Shown here one piece after another: positions 31,665 through 48,746 of a stretch of 64,000 nucleotides of DNA. The position numbers and the translations under genes are program-made. The stretch comes from the human T2T-CHM13v2.0 reference genome, Homo sapiens. Location of the stretch: NCBI RefSeq assembly GCF_009914755.1, contig NC_060926.1, one strand, 5' to 3'. Within the stretch, counting starts at the first letter, position 1. Each line of letters begins with the position of its first letter. The notes under the pieces were generated by a model. It worked only from the letters and a program-made list of their open reading frames with translations, had not been told where the DNA came from and ran no database searches.

Positions 31665-32291
31665 GGCCAGGCATGGTGGCTCACGCCTATAATCCTGGCA
31701 CTTTGGGAGGCCAAGGCAGGAGGATCGCTTGAGCTCAGAAATTCAAGATCAGCCTGGGGAACATAGGGAGATTCCATCTCTACAAAATAATAATAATAAT
31801 AATAATAAATTAGCTAGGCATTGTGGCTTACACCTGTGGTCCCAGTTACTCAGGAGGCTGAGGTGGGAGGATCACTTGAGCCCAGGAGTTCAAGATCAGC
31901 CTGGGCAACACAGTAAGATCCCATCTCTACAAAAAATAAAAACATTAGCTGAGTGTGGTGGTGCATGCCTGTAGTTCAGCTACTCAAGAGACTGAGGTGG
32001 GAGGATCATTTGAGCCTGGAATGTCAAGGCTGCAGTGTGCTGTGGTCACACGACTGCACTCCAGAGTGGGCAACAGAGTGAGACCCTAAAACAAAGTAGT
32101 CTCTACAAAAAAAAAAAAAATACAAAAATTAGCCAGGTGTGGTGGTGCACACCTGTGGTCCCAGCTACTCAGGAAGCTGAGGTAGGAGGACTGTTTGAGT
32201 GTAGGAGGTCAAGGCTGCAGTGAGCCACGTTTGCATCACTGTACTCCAGCCTAGGTAACCAAGTGAGACCCTATCTCAAAAAAAAAAAAAA
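31665..32291 (+). mobile_element. Four-monomer AluJ-like composite inside a hAT-Charlie-like element (~31510-32440)
   Basis: Left monomer, (AAT)n, hybrid right/left monomer, right monomer, linker plus another right monomer, then poly-A. Confidence 0.85.
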
Positions 32292-33751
32292 GTAAAACGC
32301 AATAAAAATAAACTGCACCCTGATATTTCCTTTTTAATTCTACTTTTTTTAAATGGAAAAATTCTAGTTGGCTGAAACCTGTTATGCTGATTTCATTACC
32401 CATTAATGGATCTCACATGGTAGTTTGAGCATGCTCTCCTACAGCAACTAATATTTAAAATAACAAACTTTTCTTCCAACTATAGGTAGAAAGATAGATC
32501 TTATACACACACACACTCTCACATGAGGTATCACCTGGCAGGTTCTTGAGCCGGAGGAATAATACAAGACAGAAGGAAAAAATGTGAATCGCCTCTTCTC
32601 TGTAGCTTGAATTCACCTGACTGCGGCAACGCTCAAAGTGTAGCATCAATTCATATGGCGACCAGTTCATTTGAAGGAGTTCCTTTCAGGTGAAGAGATT
32701 TGTTGAGGCCCAGCCAAAGATGAAGCAAATCAAGGCCCAGATGAGAGGTAACTCAGGACGTGACTTCAGTGGCCTCCAAGAACAGATGCAAAGAACCCAG
32801 CGGCCCAGCAATTACACAGAACTGCAAAGTGGGAGAATGCAGATAGGCAAAATAAAGAGTAATAAGACCACAACCACACCTAGGGCAGTTCAGGGAGCCG
32901 ATGTCAACATAGAGAAGGAGAAGTGGTTGACGGGAATTACAGGGGGACGAACAGCCCCAGGAACAGAAACCAGCCATGGAGGAAGGGGTGTAAACCACAC
33001 AGGTAAAGTGATACTTACCCTGGAACCAGAACCAGAAACTATGGATCCTACAGGAAATGGATGCAGCTTCTTAGAGCTGTAACATACCTTTCAACCGATT
33101 GGTAGCTCTCCCCTGAGCAGAAAATCCACTTGTGAATTTGAAGGTCCCAGATATTTTTGCAGAATGAAGCCTTGTTCTACAAAGGCCAAAGACAATGTAC
33201 GGTGCATTAAGCCAGGCAAGGTTGATGAGAATGATGAGGATTAAACGCTATTTTTACCAATAATTTGAGACAGTGCCCCATTTTGGCTACTTTTCACACC
33301 TTTACCCTTAATTCATACATCTTCTCAAATAGAGGTTTGTAAGTGTGCATTCATTATCTTTCCCTGGAGTTATAAATTCATTTTCACTGATTTTTAAGCT
33401 CTAGACAGCCTTGCTAGTATGTTTACATTGTGGTGTTTATTTTCAGAGGTAGAACTGCAATAAATGAAAAATATTTTCCCTTCAGTAGAAAGGGAAATAT
33501 TATACTTAGATATTTATAAGTGGTTATTTTTTAAATGCTAAGACAAAAATATTATAATTATTATACATTGCTGACAATTTTCTGAGTGTTTCTAGTTTAA
33601 AGACAAAGTAATATTCATGACATGAACTATACTTCAAACTGAATATGGAATAAAAATGTATTTAAATAACGAGAGAAAACTGCATATCTAAGTGTACATG
33701 CAAATCAGCTTAACTGTTTTATATTAGAGTTACTATGATGGGAAATCACCA

Positions 33752-33980
33752 TAATAAAAATAATAAAGCTACTATTTTTTGAGTACCTATCTTATGCCAA
33801 GTGCTGTGATGGATATTTTATATGTGCTCTCTTATTTAATACTCACAATAACCCCAAGAAGGAGGTAATATTAACCCTATTTTGCAGATGATGAAATCAA
33901 AGTACAGAGAGATTAAGTCATCTGCCCAAGGTTACACTGCTAGTAAGTGGCCAAACTAGGATTTAGACCTGTATCTCCCC
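33752..33980 (-). mobile_element. MIR
   Basis: ccctattttgcagatgatgaaa...agagattaagtcatctgcccaaggttacac..ctagtaagtgg. Confidence 0.85.
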
Positions 33981-34520
33981 CCACAAGTCTATATTTGTTT
34001 CCTGTTTCTACACTGCCTCCTCCATCTCAACCTTTGGGGAGATGACATCCAGGTGCTTATTCTGGGTACAAGGCTTTGCCCAGTCAAATGCCATCATCTT
34101 TAGAACCTTCCAGAGAATATGGATGTGAAAACTCTAGACAGTTATGTTCTCTCACCAGGAAGTAAGCAGACTGTACTCACTCATGTGAAATGCAAGACAG
34201 ACTCAAGTGGGTTTCCGAGGGTTTCTTTTCAGACATAAGACCTCAGCAAGAGCCTTCTAGGACACCACCAATGTCTGCAGAGCCTGGTTCAGCCCGGGGC
34301 TTCAGATAGTTTTGGATGTTCCCCTCAGCAGACTGCAAGCTCTGTAAAGACAGTTGTATATGGCATAGAATGGACCAGTCACTGAGGACACAATAAATGC
34401 TGATTATCTGCTTACGGTTTCTCCCACAGAACACTGCAGAAGGGCTGCATCCTACAATGGCTCACACCATTTTCCCTAATCCTCTGTTCCCATAATTTCC
34501 CTTAGAAGTAAAAGCATCTC

Positions 34521-34883
<363 letters not shown>

Positions 34884-36670
34884 TCAAATAAGTGCTTCAA
34901 GGCACAAGTCTGTTTCATTACGTTCCTCCTCCACTGGCAGGAAAGAGCGGTTGAGGAGAGTTCTCCTCCATCACATCCTGCCTAAATTCTGCAGCAGCAG
35001 CCCAGGTGTCCTTTAGTAAGGAAGCAAAATGGACTCCTAAAATGGGCGAAAAAGTATTCATTCTTAGACCAAGAAGACACTTTGCGTCATAAATATTCAA
35101 TGTTAATTAGCTAGTAATTCGTGTTTCCTTGGATTTGGAACCTACATACATTTTTTAATGGACACTGTCTTCTCTCAGGAGTAGCCAGCTCTAGATTTTT
35201 TGGCACAATTATATGATATGTGAACTAATGATGATTTCTTGTACTAGTATAAAATTTTAATGGGGGGAGGGGAGAAACAAAATAGAGACCAGTCTTCAAA
35301 TTTAACATAAATGGAACAATAAACAGTCATGAAGGAAATTTTTATGATACAGTAACTGTTATTAGCTTGATGTGCTGACTGAGAAAAGATACAGTATGCA
35401 CTTTTTAAAGTGACTTTTAAGGAAGAATAATTTGTTTGCATAAAATGTGATTACTTACCCTCATAAATGTTTATTTGAATTTATTGCACTATAACCAAAG
35501 CCAACTGCATCAGCCACAGCAGGGAAACCAAATTTTGAATTGCAAAGCAAACCAAAGGTGTGACTGGGAACACATCAGCATCCAATGCTGACTCGGAGAA
35601 ATTGAGGCAGTTAAAATTCTGCTGATTTTTCAGGATGTGAGACTCTAATGAAGCTGAATTGTTTAGAAACAGAAAAAAACTGTAACTCAGACTGGGACCC
35701 ACCTCTTCTGAAAAAACAACACCTAGATGACACCAGTAAGCACCTTTCTCAGCTTCACCTGACTTTCCACCTGCTGTCCACACTAGAGTCTATCAACTGG
35801 CTATTTGAGGCTGAATCCAGCTGCAGATGCCATTTTTATAAGTCCACATTTAAATGCATTTAGAAGAGTTTAGAATAAAGCCCAGGTGGGCTCTGCTTTC
35901 CCAACTGACCGGTGTCCATCATGCCCTCTCTTCTTAGGCTCCTACCTTCATTCACGTACCTGCCCCACCCAGTGGGCCCTGGAACCCTTGATCCACACAC
36001 ATGCCTTCCAAGGACTCATGAAATACTGCTGTCTATAGACAAACGATAAAACCAAAAGCCATCGAGGACAAGGGCTCACATTGTCTCCATCATTGGCTAG
36101 AAGGAGAAGAATGAGAAAAGGAGGAGGAAGAGATCTTGATCCTTAAAAGTGCCTTTACACTAATTTTCTCAACTGAGGCTGCCCAAGGAACCACAGTAAG
36201 TCAGAGGTAGAGGAGGCTCCAAGGCTTCTACTCCCCATTTCCCAGTGCCCAGCTCTTCCAAAGATCCCAAAACTACTTCTACTCCAAACCGAGTGGATTC
36301 TTTGCAAGCAATCACTGATAAAAGATACAAGAGATGGCTAAGGAACATCTTGGAGGTCATGAGGAAGGACAGGCAAGCCTCTACGGAACAGACCAGGACA
36401 TCTTGAAATCTTTCCACCATGTGGAAATAAAATTTATTTTTTAGTGGTGATTCTCCATAATCAAAGGACTCCATTTTTTTGTATTATCCAGGAAAATATC
36501 TTTAATATTGTGATTTTTGTTTTTAGATTAACAGGAAGTCTTGGTTTCTGATGTTACCTTGTTACTCCTTTTAACTTTGTCACACTAAGACAACACGAAG
36601 AGGGACAAGAAAGGGGGTGGAAAGGAAAGAGTAATAATGTTGAACCTTACAATGTGCCAAGCACCAGGCT

Positions 36671-37140
<470 letters not shown>

Positions 37141-39829
37141 ATCAGGCAACAGGAGTTAAGTAGCTTGGCCAAGGTCCCAGAGCAAGTAACAAAGTAGCTG
37201 GCCTATACTTTGTCTTTTAGAACTGCTGGCCAACTACCATTTACATTCACTGCTTCATTTTTTGGGATTGTATTACATGAGTTAGGCTTTGATTTGTAAG
37301 TGGAAATAAAAATGCAACATATTTACTGTGACATCTTCATTTACCTAGACAACTTTCATTTCCCCTTCACTTGCTTAGTTAAGGCCTTCATGGTCCACAG
37401 TTCATTCAATAGGCACAATTTTAAAATCTGATTTCCAGAATGTTTCTTTAAAGAATGTAGTTATAGAGGACAGAAGGGGCAGTTGTCAGTATTCATACCA
37501 ATGCATTGAGACAATTACTGGAAATTTAGCCTAAAAGAGGGTTTTTCTGAACTCTACTAATCACTGTTTCAGCTCTCTTATTTCTTTCAGTTATAGAACA
37601 GCTGAGGTTTAGTGAACAATTTCAGCCTCTTCCTACAGAGAGCTCTTCACCAGTGGTTCACTTCATCTGGAGCACCAGCTAATAGCTCAAATGTAAGGGC
37701 TGATAACTGTATTTTAGATACCAGGTTATGCCTGTGTCCACCATAGGAAGTTGGTTTTGTCTTTTTAAAATATCATCATGAAAGCATCCTCACAGCATGA
37801 AACCTGAGAGAGAGAGAGCTCAATACTTCATACAATGTGTCAAGAGAAGCATTAGCAACCACAAAAAAATTTACAATATTTTATTTCCACTTTATTTCCC
37901 TAAGCCCCCTGTTGTCCAGACCTTTCTGGCCTTCAGAAACCACAGGTAGCTTCTGGCAAAGCTTGAGACAGATGGCGATGTGAAGTTCCTGGCAAGTGAG
38001 ATAAATGTGAGCAATATCAAGCACCCACCTCACAACTTTGGAGGCTCACGACGCACCAGCTCCTACCCGAGGCCTCAGGAAGGATCGCTTGCTAAAATAA
38101 TTTTCTGGTTAACAAGAAACCTATGCAACATTTTATGCCTGGGTGTTTCGAAAGCCCCCTCTGAGGGATCCACACTATGCATTTTAATTTAGGTTTACAT
38201 GTTTTGTCTTTTAGTAGAATGAACTGTGCATAACAACACATTTCACAATATAAAATAAAAAACCCTTGATACAGTTCATCTACTGGAAGGTTTTAACTCT
38301 ACATCCAGAACAAATAAAGCAAAATAAACACAGCAGTACTCCAACTTTCCTCCTCCAACATTTGCTAACTTTTTTGGCCATAGATTTAGGGGAGATTGGG
38401 GATAGGGAGGAAGACAGAGGAAATAGTAAGACACAGGAACATTGGTGACATGCTAAGGAATCCTTAATATCATCTGGAATCAGTGATCTTTTATTGAAAA
38501 TCAGAGTGCATAAAACAATGTCCTGAATTCTTCTTACTCATTTTGCCACATTTGCTGGAAATCAATCCTTTTGCAATCAGCTCAGATATCAAATAATCTT
38601 TGAGAGGATTTATGCCCTTTCAGCATGTAAATGTGTATTTTAGATCCATTTGAAAACACAGTAGGAGGGTTAATTTGAAGATCATAGACATTTTCTATTT
38701 GTTTTGGTTCAATTCCACAAGGTTTTATAGAGTTCCAGGTTGGTACACAAATTCTCTAACAGAAGCTCTGTCCAGGAGCTGTCACTGGCCTTTAAGAACA
38801 TCCACTTTATCCCAACCTCTGATGGATGAGAAATGAAACCCAGAACACTTAGATGATTTGCCTGTAATTACACAATATGAGGAAGAGCTGCCTTCAAATG
38901 TATCATCAGAAGGTCATGTTTTCCATGTTTGGCATCTGATTCTCCATCCGCATCAGCAGGACTTGAAGGCACCAGTGCCCTCTGGCAGACAGACCCATTT
39001 CTCCAAGGACTTGGATGTGTTTGACTAGTGGGATTGGGCAAATGACACTCCTTTAGAGAATCTTTTGTAATTAGACCAGTCATGAACATATCTTTGCTTC
39101 ATTCCATAAACCTGGCAACTTCTGAAAATCTGGAATTCTCCTTTCAATTTATTTTCCTTTGTCCCATGAAATCATCTGAGATAGGAAAATAACTGTGCTA
39201 TTTCTCTACACTTCATCAGCCTAAAAGTTAAAACAATATGAGGCAAATGAGGCTGAAAAGACTCCCTTCTTTCTATTTTCTAAATTCTATTCATCCTCCA
39301 AGACTCAATCCCAACAAATCTTCACAAGATCTTTCCCAAACAATCATAGCCCACCCTGACTTACTATGGATGTTAACTTCAGTATCATATATTATTCAGG
39401 TCTCTTCCCAACTTGATTTCTGTAAAAACTGAGAGTTAAAAAGAAGAATAAACATAAAGATCAAAATATTGACTTTATTACTACGTGATTTTGCTAAGAC
39501 TAACCCCTAGTTTATTTATCTAGGTAGACTTACCCCCAATCTCAGGCAGCCCTGGAGCAGGGCAAGAGGTGGATGCACACCCAAGTGAAACACACAAGTT
39601 GGAAGGGAAGCATCGAGGAAGGCCCATGCTCTGTATAGACAAGCTAGCTCCCAAGAGGAGAAAGGAGGATGGAATTGTCCTGAGCATACTGTTCAGTCCA
39701 TGAAGGTGGAGTGAATAAAGGGGAAAGAGAAACCTGGAGTGTACTCCATTGAAGTCCCCCTCAAAAAAGCCAGTGGTGGGAAAAATGTTCTCCTCCAATT
39801 CATAGTCTTGCATTACATTTCTCTATGCA

Positions 39830-39965
39830 TGTTAGTTCTCTTCTTTTATCTGGATTTTTAAGCTTCTTCAGGACAGAAACCATGTCTTAAATGGCTTGTG
39901 TCCCTCACTGAAGCAAATACAATACTGAGTAAATAATGAATACTTAATACATACTTGGTTTTTAA
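39830..39965 (+). mobile_element. L2 3' end
   Basis: taagcttcttcaggacagaaaccatgtctt...tacttaatacatacttg. Confidence 0.55.
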
Positions 39966-40019
39966 AGGATTGATCATAACAGCAAGGGTTGTACAAAGTT
40001 AACTTTTCAAATTTGTGAG

Positions 40020-40872
40020 GAAACAAACCTTAGAACACTAATGTGTTTCATCAGTAGGTTGACCAGGTTGGACATGGGTCCCAAGTCAAATTCTCATATC
40101 CAAAAGATCCAACTTAAAACCATGCAGCCTTATTCTCTATTACAAAAATCTTCTATGCTGTTATTTGGAAAACATTATAACCTAAAGACTTTGAGCATAA
40201 TTTGGCATAAATTCAATCTCTACACACAACCTAAATGTTTGTTCTCCTTTAATGAAATAGCTATTGATAACATTGCAAAGTTTCACTGAAAGAAAAATAA
40301 ATACTTATTAAAAGAAATAAGAATTAGAAACTGCTGCTTAATGCGCAAATATGGGTAGGATATGCCCAAATTCCTCCAAATTGGTTGATGAAAGTCTTGC
40401 AGTTATGCTATAATCAGAAGAAAAAAAAAACTACACTCGGAAGAAATGCCCTACCAGCATACTAAGAAAATTATGAGTATAAAATTCCTGAGTTTACACA
40501 CCATCTGCCAAGATATTAAAAATGCAGTTCCAGACATAAAGGGAAGCACAACAAACTAAGGAAATTTCTAAATTGGAATGTCCTGAAATTGAAACTCTAA
40601 AAATTCCCCCAAGTGGGAACTGATGAGGTGAAGCCTTCTTTCTGAACAGACACATATTGAAAGAGCAGTAGTGAAATTGTTACCTACATAGTGTCCTCCC
40701 CTAGGAAGAGGGAATTTTTAAATATTCCTAAAAGAAAAAGAAAAAACAAACCTCCTTAGTTGCCTCAGCCTACAGACAGATTAAAACTTCCCCACTGTGG
40801 CCACTGTCATTCTAGGTTGTCCTTTGTAAGATTAACCCATTGTTCCAAAAATACACAGGTTCCAGGCCCATA
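40020..40872 (-). mobile_element. ERV1 (MER4-group) internal fragment with a gag matrix-like remnant
   Basis: Minus-strand translation of ~40872-40777: YGPGTCVFLEQWVNLTKDNLE*QWPQWGSFNL; left boundary uncertain. Confidence 0.6.
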
Positions 40873-40874
40873 CA

Positions 40875-42636
<1,762 letters not shown>

Positions 42637-42950
42637 TAATAATTTTTTGTGCATAATTTTTGTGCATAAAGTTAGCCAGTGTCCCAGAAAGTGAAGTCCC
42701 AGACTCCTGGAGACCCAGACTCCTTATATTTGGAAGAACCTGTTTTCAAGAAATGCCTACCTGAGACCTCTAACCATATCCAACCCAGCTAATTGTATCC
42801 AAGATGATCCTGGACCCAGGCCAGTGAAAATTGCTTCAATAAAGTCAGAAAGCTCAAAACATAAATTTGCAGAGCTCAAATCCAAGAGGGAACTCACCCA
42901 CAACTCCAGTTTCTGTGAGAGATCCACAGGTGCAGTGGGCCCTGCCTGTG
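42637..42950 (-). mobile_element. ERV1 internal fragment (leader and gag start), partner of 40020-40872
   Basis: Reverse complement reads ...[12 protein letters not shown], which joins to GPGTC...; contains gaactcaccc (splice-donor-like GGTGAGT on the minus strand). Confidence 0.55.
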
Positions 42951-43039
42951 CCTATTGATGGCACGTATGGAAAGTATGGAACATATTAGAATATATGAGA
43001 GCTCCTTCTTCAAGTAACTTAGACATAAATGTATAGGAT

Positions 43040-43226
43040 CATGGTTCTCAAACTGTAGCAAGCATCAGACTCACATGGAAGCCTTAGGAAAACTCAGATA
43101 GTTGGGCCTCATTCCTACAGTTTCTGATATGGTGGGTCTTGGGCGGGGCCACTAAATCTGTATTCCAAAAAAGCTCCCAGTGGTTGCTCCTGCTGCTCAA
43201 GGGGGCCACGCTTTCAGAACTACTGG
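43040..43226. mobile_element. MER5A
   Basis: tggttctcaaactgtagcaagcatcagactcac...ccacgctttcagaactactg. Confidence 0.8.
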
Positions 43227-44426
43227 CCTACAGAGTGAAACAAGAGCATGGGAAGGGCATGCCCTGGCCAGGACCTCCACAAAGGCAATCATCCACGTGT
43301 GCCAACAAATTGAATGTGTTCATTGAATCTGTTTTCACTGATGAGCATCTCTTATGCCTCTTATTCCAAGTCTTGCCCTGCTGATGAGAGCAAGAATGTC
43401 TCTGCCTTTGATAACCTCTCTCAGGTCTAGGGTCTTAAACAGCCCTCCAGATGTTACCCTTTCTCTGCACTTTGGGACTCACATTTCTAAAGCCAAGAAA
43501 ACCAATACCTCCACGAATTTATTTCTACAATCCAAAAATCAAGCCATTGCAGATAGAAATGACTGCCCAGTGAGTGCTTAACTACAGTTATAAATTAAAA
43601 ATAGATCAGCAAAGACATATGCAAAGTCACCTTTAAAAGAAAAATGCCTTGAATGTGGCTTTTGTTGAAATAATTTTTTTAAAACAAGAAAAGAAAAATG
43701 CTACCCAGATGTACAAGCCTTGACTTTCATCAGATTGAAGCTACTTAGACACCTAAAACCCAATCAGTCAGAAAGAAGATATAATTGGTCTTAAAAAACT
43801 TAGGAAAGATGGGACTTCTAAGAGCCAATCTGTCAGGCCCCTTTGAGCAGCATCCAGGGATCAGCGAAGCACTTTATCAGTCCAGCTCAGATACCAATCT
43901 ACCTGCTGTGGATTCTCTTTTCTAAAAATATATGCAATGGGACACACCAGTAGAGACTTATGACATGAAATATTTAAACTATATTATTAAATCTCTTAGC
44001 CTTGATTCCATTGTCACCAAGTGGCCTTCTGATAATTTGGTTTTTCATGCATGGAACATATCTTCAGGAAAAGTGTGCCCAGTCAGGCCAACCAAGAATG
44101 TCTGGTCCCGTGGTAATAACATTTCTCTTAGTAAGCTGGCATCCTGACTTCATACATCAGCCTGTTGAGAGCTTTGCTCATGTGAGGAATTTCCCTTAAG
44201 TCCAGTTTAACTCAGGAATACCAGCAAGATCTCAGTTTCTAGATTTTGGAACCCAAAAAGCAAGACTTTGATTCTCCCAGGCATATGCCATCTTAGGAAG
44301 CCTCCTAATGAGTGGTCGGCTGTTGTGCAGCACCCTGGGAGGATGAAGCCAACAAGATAACTAAGACACTTGGTGGTTGAGCAATAAGATCACACTCCAT
44401 GGAGAAAGAAAGCGTAAAAACAAGCT

Positions 44427-44766
<340 letters not shown>

Positions 44767-44842
44767 TTACTAGCTTTGTTATTTAACTGCTGACTCCTCA
44801 TTTCCCCATTTACAACATGGGGAATATGCCTATGTTATAAAT

Positions 44843-45018
44843 CAGAGATTCTCAAAGTGTGGACCTTAACCAACAGCATCAAAATTCCTAGGAACTCGTT
44901 AGAAATTCAAATTCTGAAATCTATCCCAGACCTACTGAATCAGAAAGTCTGGCAGGTAGGCCTGCAATCTGTGTTTTAACAAGCCCTTCTGATGTTCACT
45001 AAAGCTTGAGAAGCACTG
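44843..45018. mobile_element. MER5A nested in a MIR (~44720-45120)
   Basis: ttctcaaagtgtgg...cccagacctactgaatcagaaa...gcaatctgtgttttaacaagccct. Confidence 0.85.
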
Positions 45019-45177
45019 ACAGTGATTTTTGCAAAGATTAGAAATTATGTATATAAAGTATTTAGTATAGGTCCTGGCACAAAAGCAGATATTCAAGGTA
45101 TTTTTGTGACTGTTATTATTACTACCCCCGTAAATTTGGAGAATGAAGAATTCTCTAAGGATCTCACCACTCTATAA

Positions 45178-45527
<350 letters not shown>

Positions 45528-45574
45528 AACAACTGTATTTTAAACATACAGTTAAGATCCTTGCATTTGTTCAA

Positions 45575-45832
45575 TTTTTTTTTTTTTTACTTTTTTGCTT
45601 GTTTGTTTTTATTTTGTTTTTTGAGACAGGGTCTTGCTTTGTCACCCAGGCTGGAGTGCAGTGGTGTGACCATGACTCATTGTCATCTCAACTTCCCAGG
45701 TTCAAGTGGATTCTGGAGTGCAGTGGCGTGACCATGACTCATTGTCACCTCAACTTCCCAGGTTCAAGTGGATTCTCCCACCTCAGCCTCCCAAGCAGCT
45801 GGGAGTACAGGCATGCACCATCACACCTGGCT
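45575..45832 (-). mobile_element. Alu right monomer (AluJ/FRAM-like) with an internal 62-bp duplication
   Basis: 45651-45712 repeated at 45713-45774 with 2 mismatches. Confidence 0.9.
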
Positions 45833-46959
45833 ATATTCAGCTTTTATAAGTTTTCTTTCTTTACTCAAGAGCATAGATACTTTTTAATATGCTATATAGT
45901 TTTTAAATTTCAATGGCTGCCTAATATTCCATAGTTGATATGCTGTAGTTTTTGTAATTATTTCCTTAGTTTTGACTACTTATACTCCTTCTAATTTTTC
46001 ATGAGATGTCCTTGGAATACAATTTATTCCTTTTCTTTGAATATTGCAAACTCCTAAACAGAAGAATATTATGTCACAGTGAATTAATTTTTGTGTGTTC
46101 TTATGTATGGTCTAAAAACAAACTTGTATGCTAATGTTTTCACTGGACTATCCTCAACTAGAAATGGCATCCCTTGGTAATTTATGAAGCTGAAAAATTG
46201 TTTCTACTGTTAGAAATGTTTTAAATTACTATCCCATTTGAATATTTATACTTAATAAAAAGTGATGTGACTACATAAACTGTTATTTGAGTTGCTCATA
46301 GAAATTCACAATTATTCTTACCTGTAAGTCCATATAAATGAATGACCTTTTCTTAAACCTGAAGTTATAATTCTAAACTGGCTGAAAACTGATGGATTCC
46401 TGAATTCCTTTATGTGAAAAAATATGCAAATAAAACAAAATTGAAAATAGATTCCTTTTTCAGTCTTGTATTTAAATATTTAAATATCTGGTGAATTTTA
46501 CTATTAATATATAATTATAAATCCTGACTTGTGTTAAATTAATGTATATGATATGTGAATGAAATGAAAAACAATATGACATTGATGTTTATATTATAAG
46601 CAAAGACAAGTATGTATAATGAAAGAAAAAATAAAAACATAACATTTACTTGTGGTATAATAACTTAAACATGTAAAAGGTTGAGATATTCATTTATGGT
46701 TCGGAATTATTATGCTAAAATATATGTAAATTGAACGATTCGTATTTTTATTGCTGCTAATGTCATCACTAACATTAGGAAAGATACTGTGTTTGGGAAT
46801 GTGGTTTGGTGTGATTATAACTGGAAAAATAGTTTGATTATCCCTAGCTCTCATTTCACTAAGGTCCTGGAATTGTACATTTTGTTTATCCTTAAGAAAA
46901 GAAGGGATCTTGAATTTTGCACTTTTATTAAAATTAGAATTTCAACTTTCAGGCAGTAA

Positions 46960-47680
46960 ACTATGAACTTCAGTTCCAAACTATAATCAATTGCAGAAAA
47001 TGTAAAAACCCAATAAAATAGAGATAAATTATGGGATCTAATGAGAAACCTCAGCAAGGTTACTAGAACAGGATCAATTTATGAAAATCAATATTTCTTT
47101 ATTCCAGCCCTAATCAAATAGAAAATAACCTACTCTTTCTTTACAGCAAAGCATTTAAGAATCAACCTAAGAAAGAATATAAAGGATTTTTATGGGAACT
47201 AATTTAAAATTTTAATTATGGGACATAAGGAAAGGATATGAATGCATAGAAGTGATAACAACATCGTAAAGATGACATTTCTCTTCAAATTAATTACAGA
47301 CTTAGTATCATTCCAAATACAATTTCTCCTTTGAGGAATGTGATAAATTCACTCAAAAAATGTATACAGTGGAATAAAAGAACATAACTATGTTAACTTT
47401 GAAAAAGAAGAACAAAAAAGGAGGACTCACTCTACTAGATACTAACACATATCACAAAGTCTTTGTATTAAAAATCTTATAGTACTCACAGAATAGATAG
47501 ATGCAAAGAATCGAGTAGCGCTCAAAGACACACACACATCCATGCACACACATCACACACATATGCATGCATACAATACACACTCACACGTACGTGCAAA
47601 GGTGCTTGATTTATGATAAAGATGGGTACCACAAAGCAATGGGGGATGAGAGATTATTTAGTAGATTTTGTTGTATAGAC
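46960..47680 (+). mobile_element. Ancient L1 ORF2 remnant
   Basis: ctcagcaaggttactag...aatcaacctaag...ggaggactcactctactagat...ttgatttatgataaag, colinear with the L1 RT region. Confidence 0.65.
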
Positions 47681-47904
47681 TTCTCATCACCTCACCTGTC
47701 AGCACCCTGTGTGAACCACCATCATCTCTCACCTAGATTCCTTCAAAAGCCTACTGTCTGGTCTTATTGCTTCTTCATGGTCCCTATCAGCCTATTTAAC
47801 AGTAATTCTGTTAAAACAGTCAAATTATGCTTGCGCTTCTAAAATACAAACAACTTATATTAAGATACAAAGAACCTTTTGTAGTCCAACCAAATTAGGC
47901 AGGG

Positions 47905-48125
47905 AAGAATGGCTAACAGTTTTCACACTTTCTATTATTAGGCACGATTTGATTTCACATATTAACTCATTTAACCTTCACAATAAACCTGTGAAATAGG
48001 CACTATTATTTCCTTCACCTTAAAGAGTCACAGAGGTAAAGTAATTTACTAAAGGTCACAAGTAACTTAACCTCTCTGTGTAGACAGAGAGCTGAGATTC
48101 GAAACCTGGATTTCTGGCTCCAGAA
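47905..48125 (-). mobile_element. MIR
   Basis: attaactcatttaaccttcacaataaacctgtg...ctgagattcgaaacc. Confidence 0.7.
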
Positions 48126-48680
48126 TATTTGGGCAAGGTTTGCAGTGCAAAAAGATTTGTTTACTAGACTTTTAGATCCCCCATGGAGTTTTATAATAAT
48201 TCATTAGAACATTAAATCATGATATTCAGAACTGATATTATAGCCATTCTTCAATTTTATGGCAGGAGGGAATTATTAACAAAATGTATTACAAAAGTCC
48301 AGCATATTGCCTGACTCTGCCCCAGCTTTCTGATATGTGCCTTCTTTCTACCACACTGCTTTTTACGTTATTCTCTTCTGCAGCATGCATAGCGGACTGT
48401 TCCTTCGTTCCTTGGTTCCTTGATCTCGCCCATGGGAAGTCAGACTATCAAGGAGGCCTGCGCATTCCAAGGATGCTCTACATTTGGCTGTGATGTTGCA
48501 GCACAGGTGTGGAGGTGGAACAAGACACATCACTTGGTTTTGCTGGGGCAAAGATAGGCCAGAAAGGAAGCCAGGAAGTAGAGCTGATCTGGGTTCAGGG
48601 GATTCAGTTTGCAATGAACTCAAAAGCCACTTAAATAGTTTAAAGCAAGAAGAGTAATGCAATGTGCAGGATGGACTGCA

Positions 48681-48694
48681 GTGTGTGTGCGCGC

Positions 48695-48733
<39 letters not shown>

Positions 48734-48746
48734 AGAGAGAGAGAGA
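48681..48746. repeat. (GT)n(GC)n(GT)n followed by (GA)n microsatellite
   Basis: Read directly. Confidence 0.97.

Noticed and set aside
32690-33082. 130-aa ORF on the + strand
   Set aside because: GTG start, no recognisable homology or exon structure; purine-rich, possibly an old LTR. A BLAST or PhyloCSF check would settle it.
46000-46900. Very AT-rich stretch (possible matrix-attachment region or old DNA transposon)
   Set aside because: No terminal repeats or motifs that I can support.
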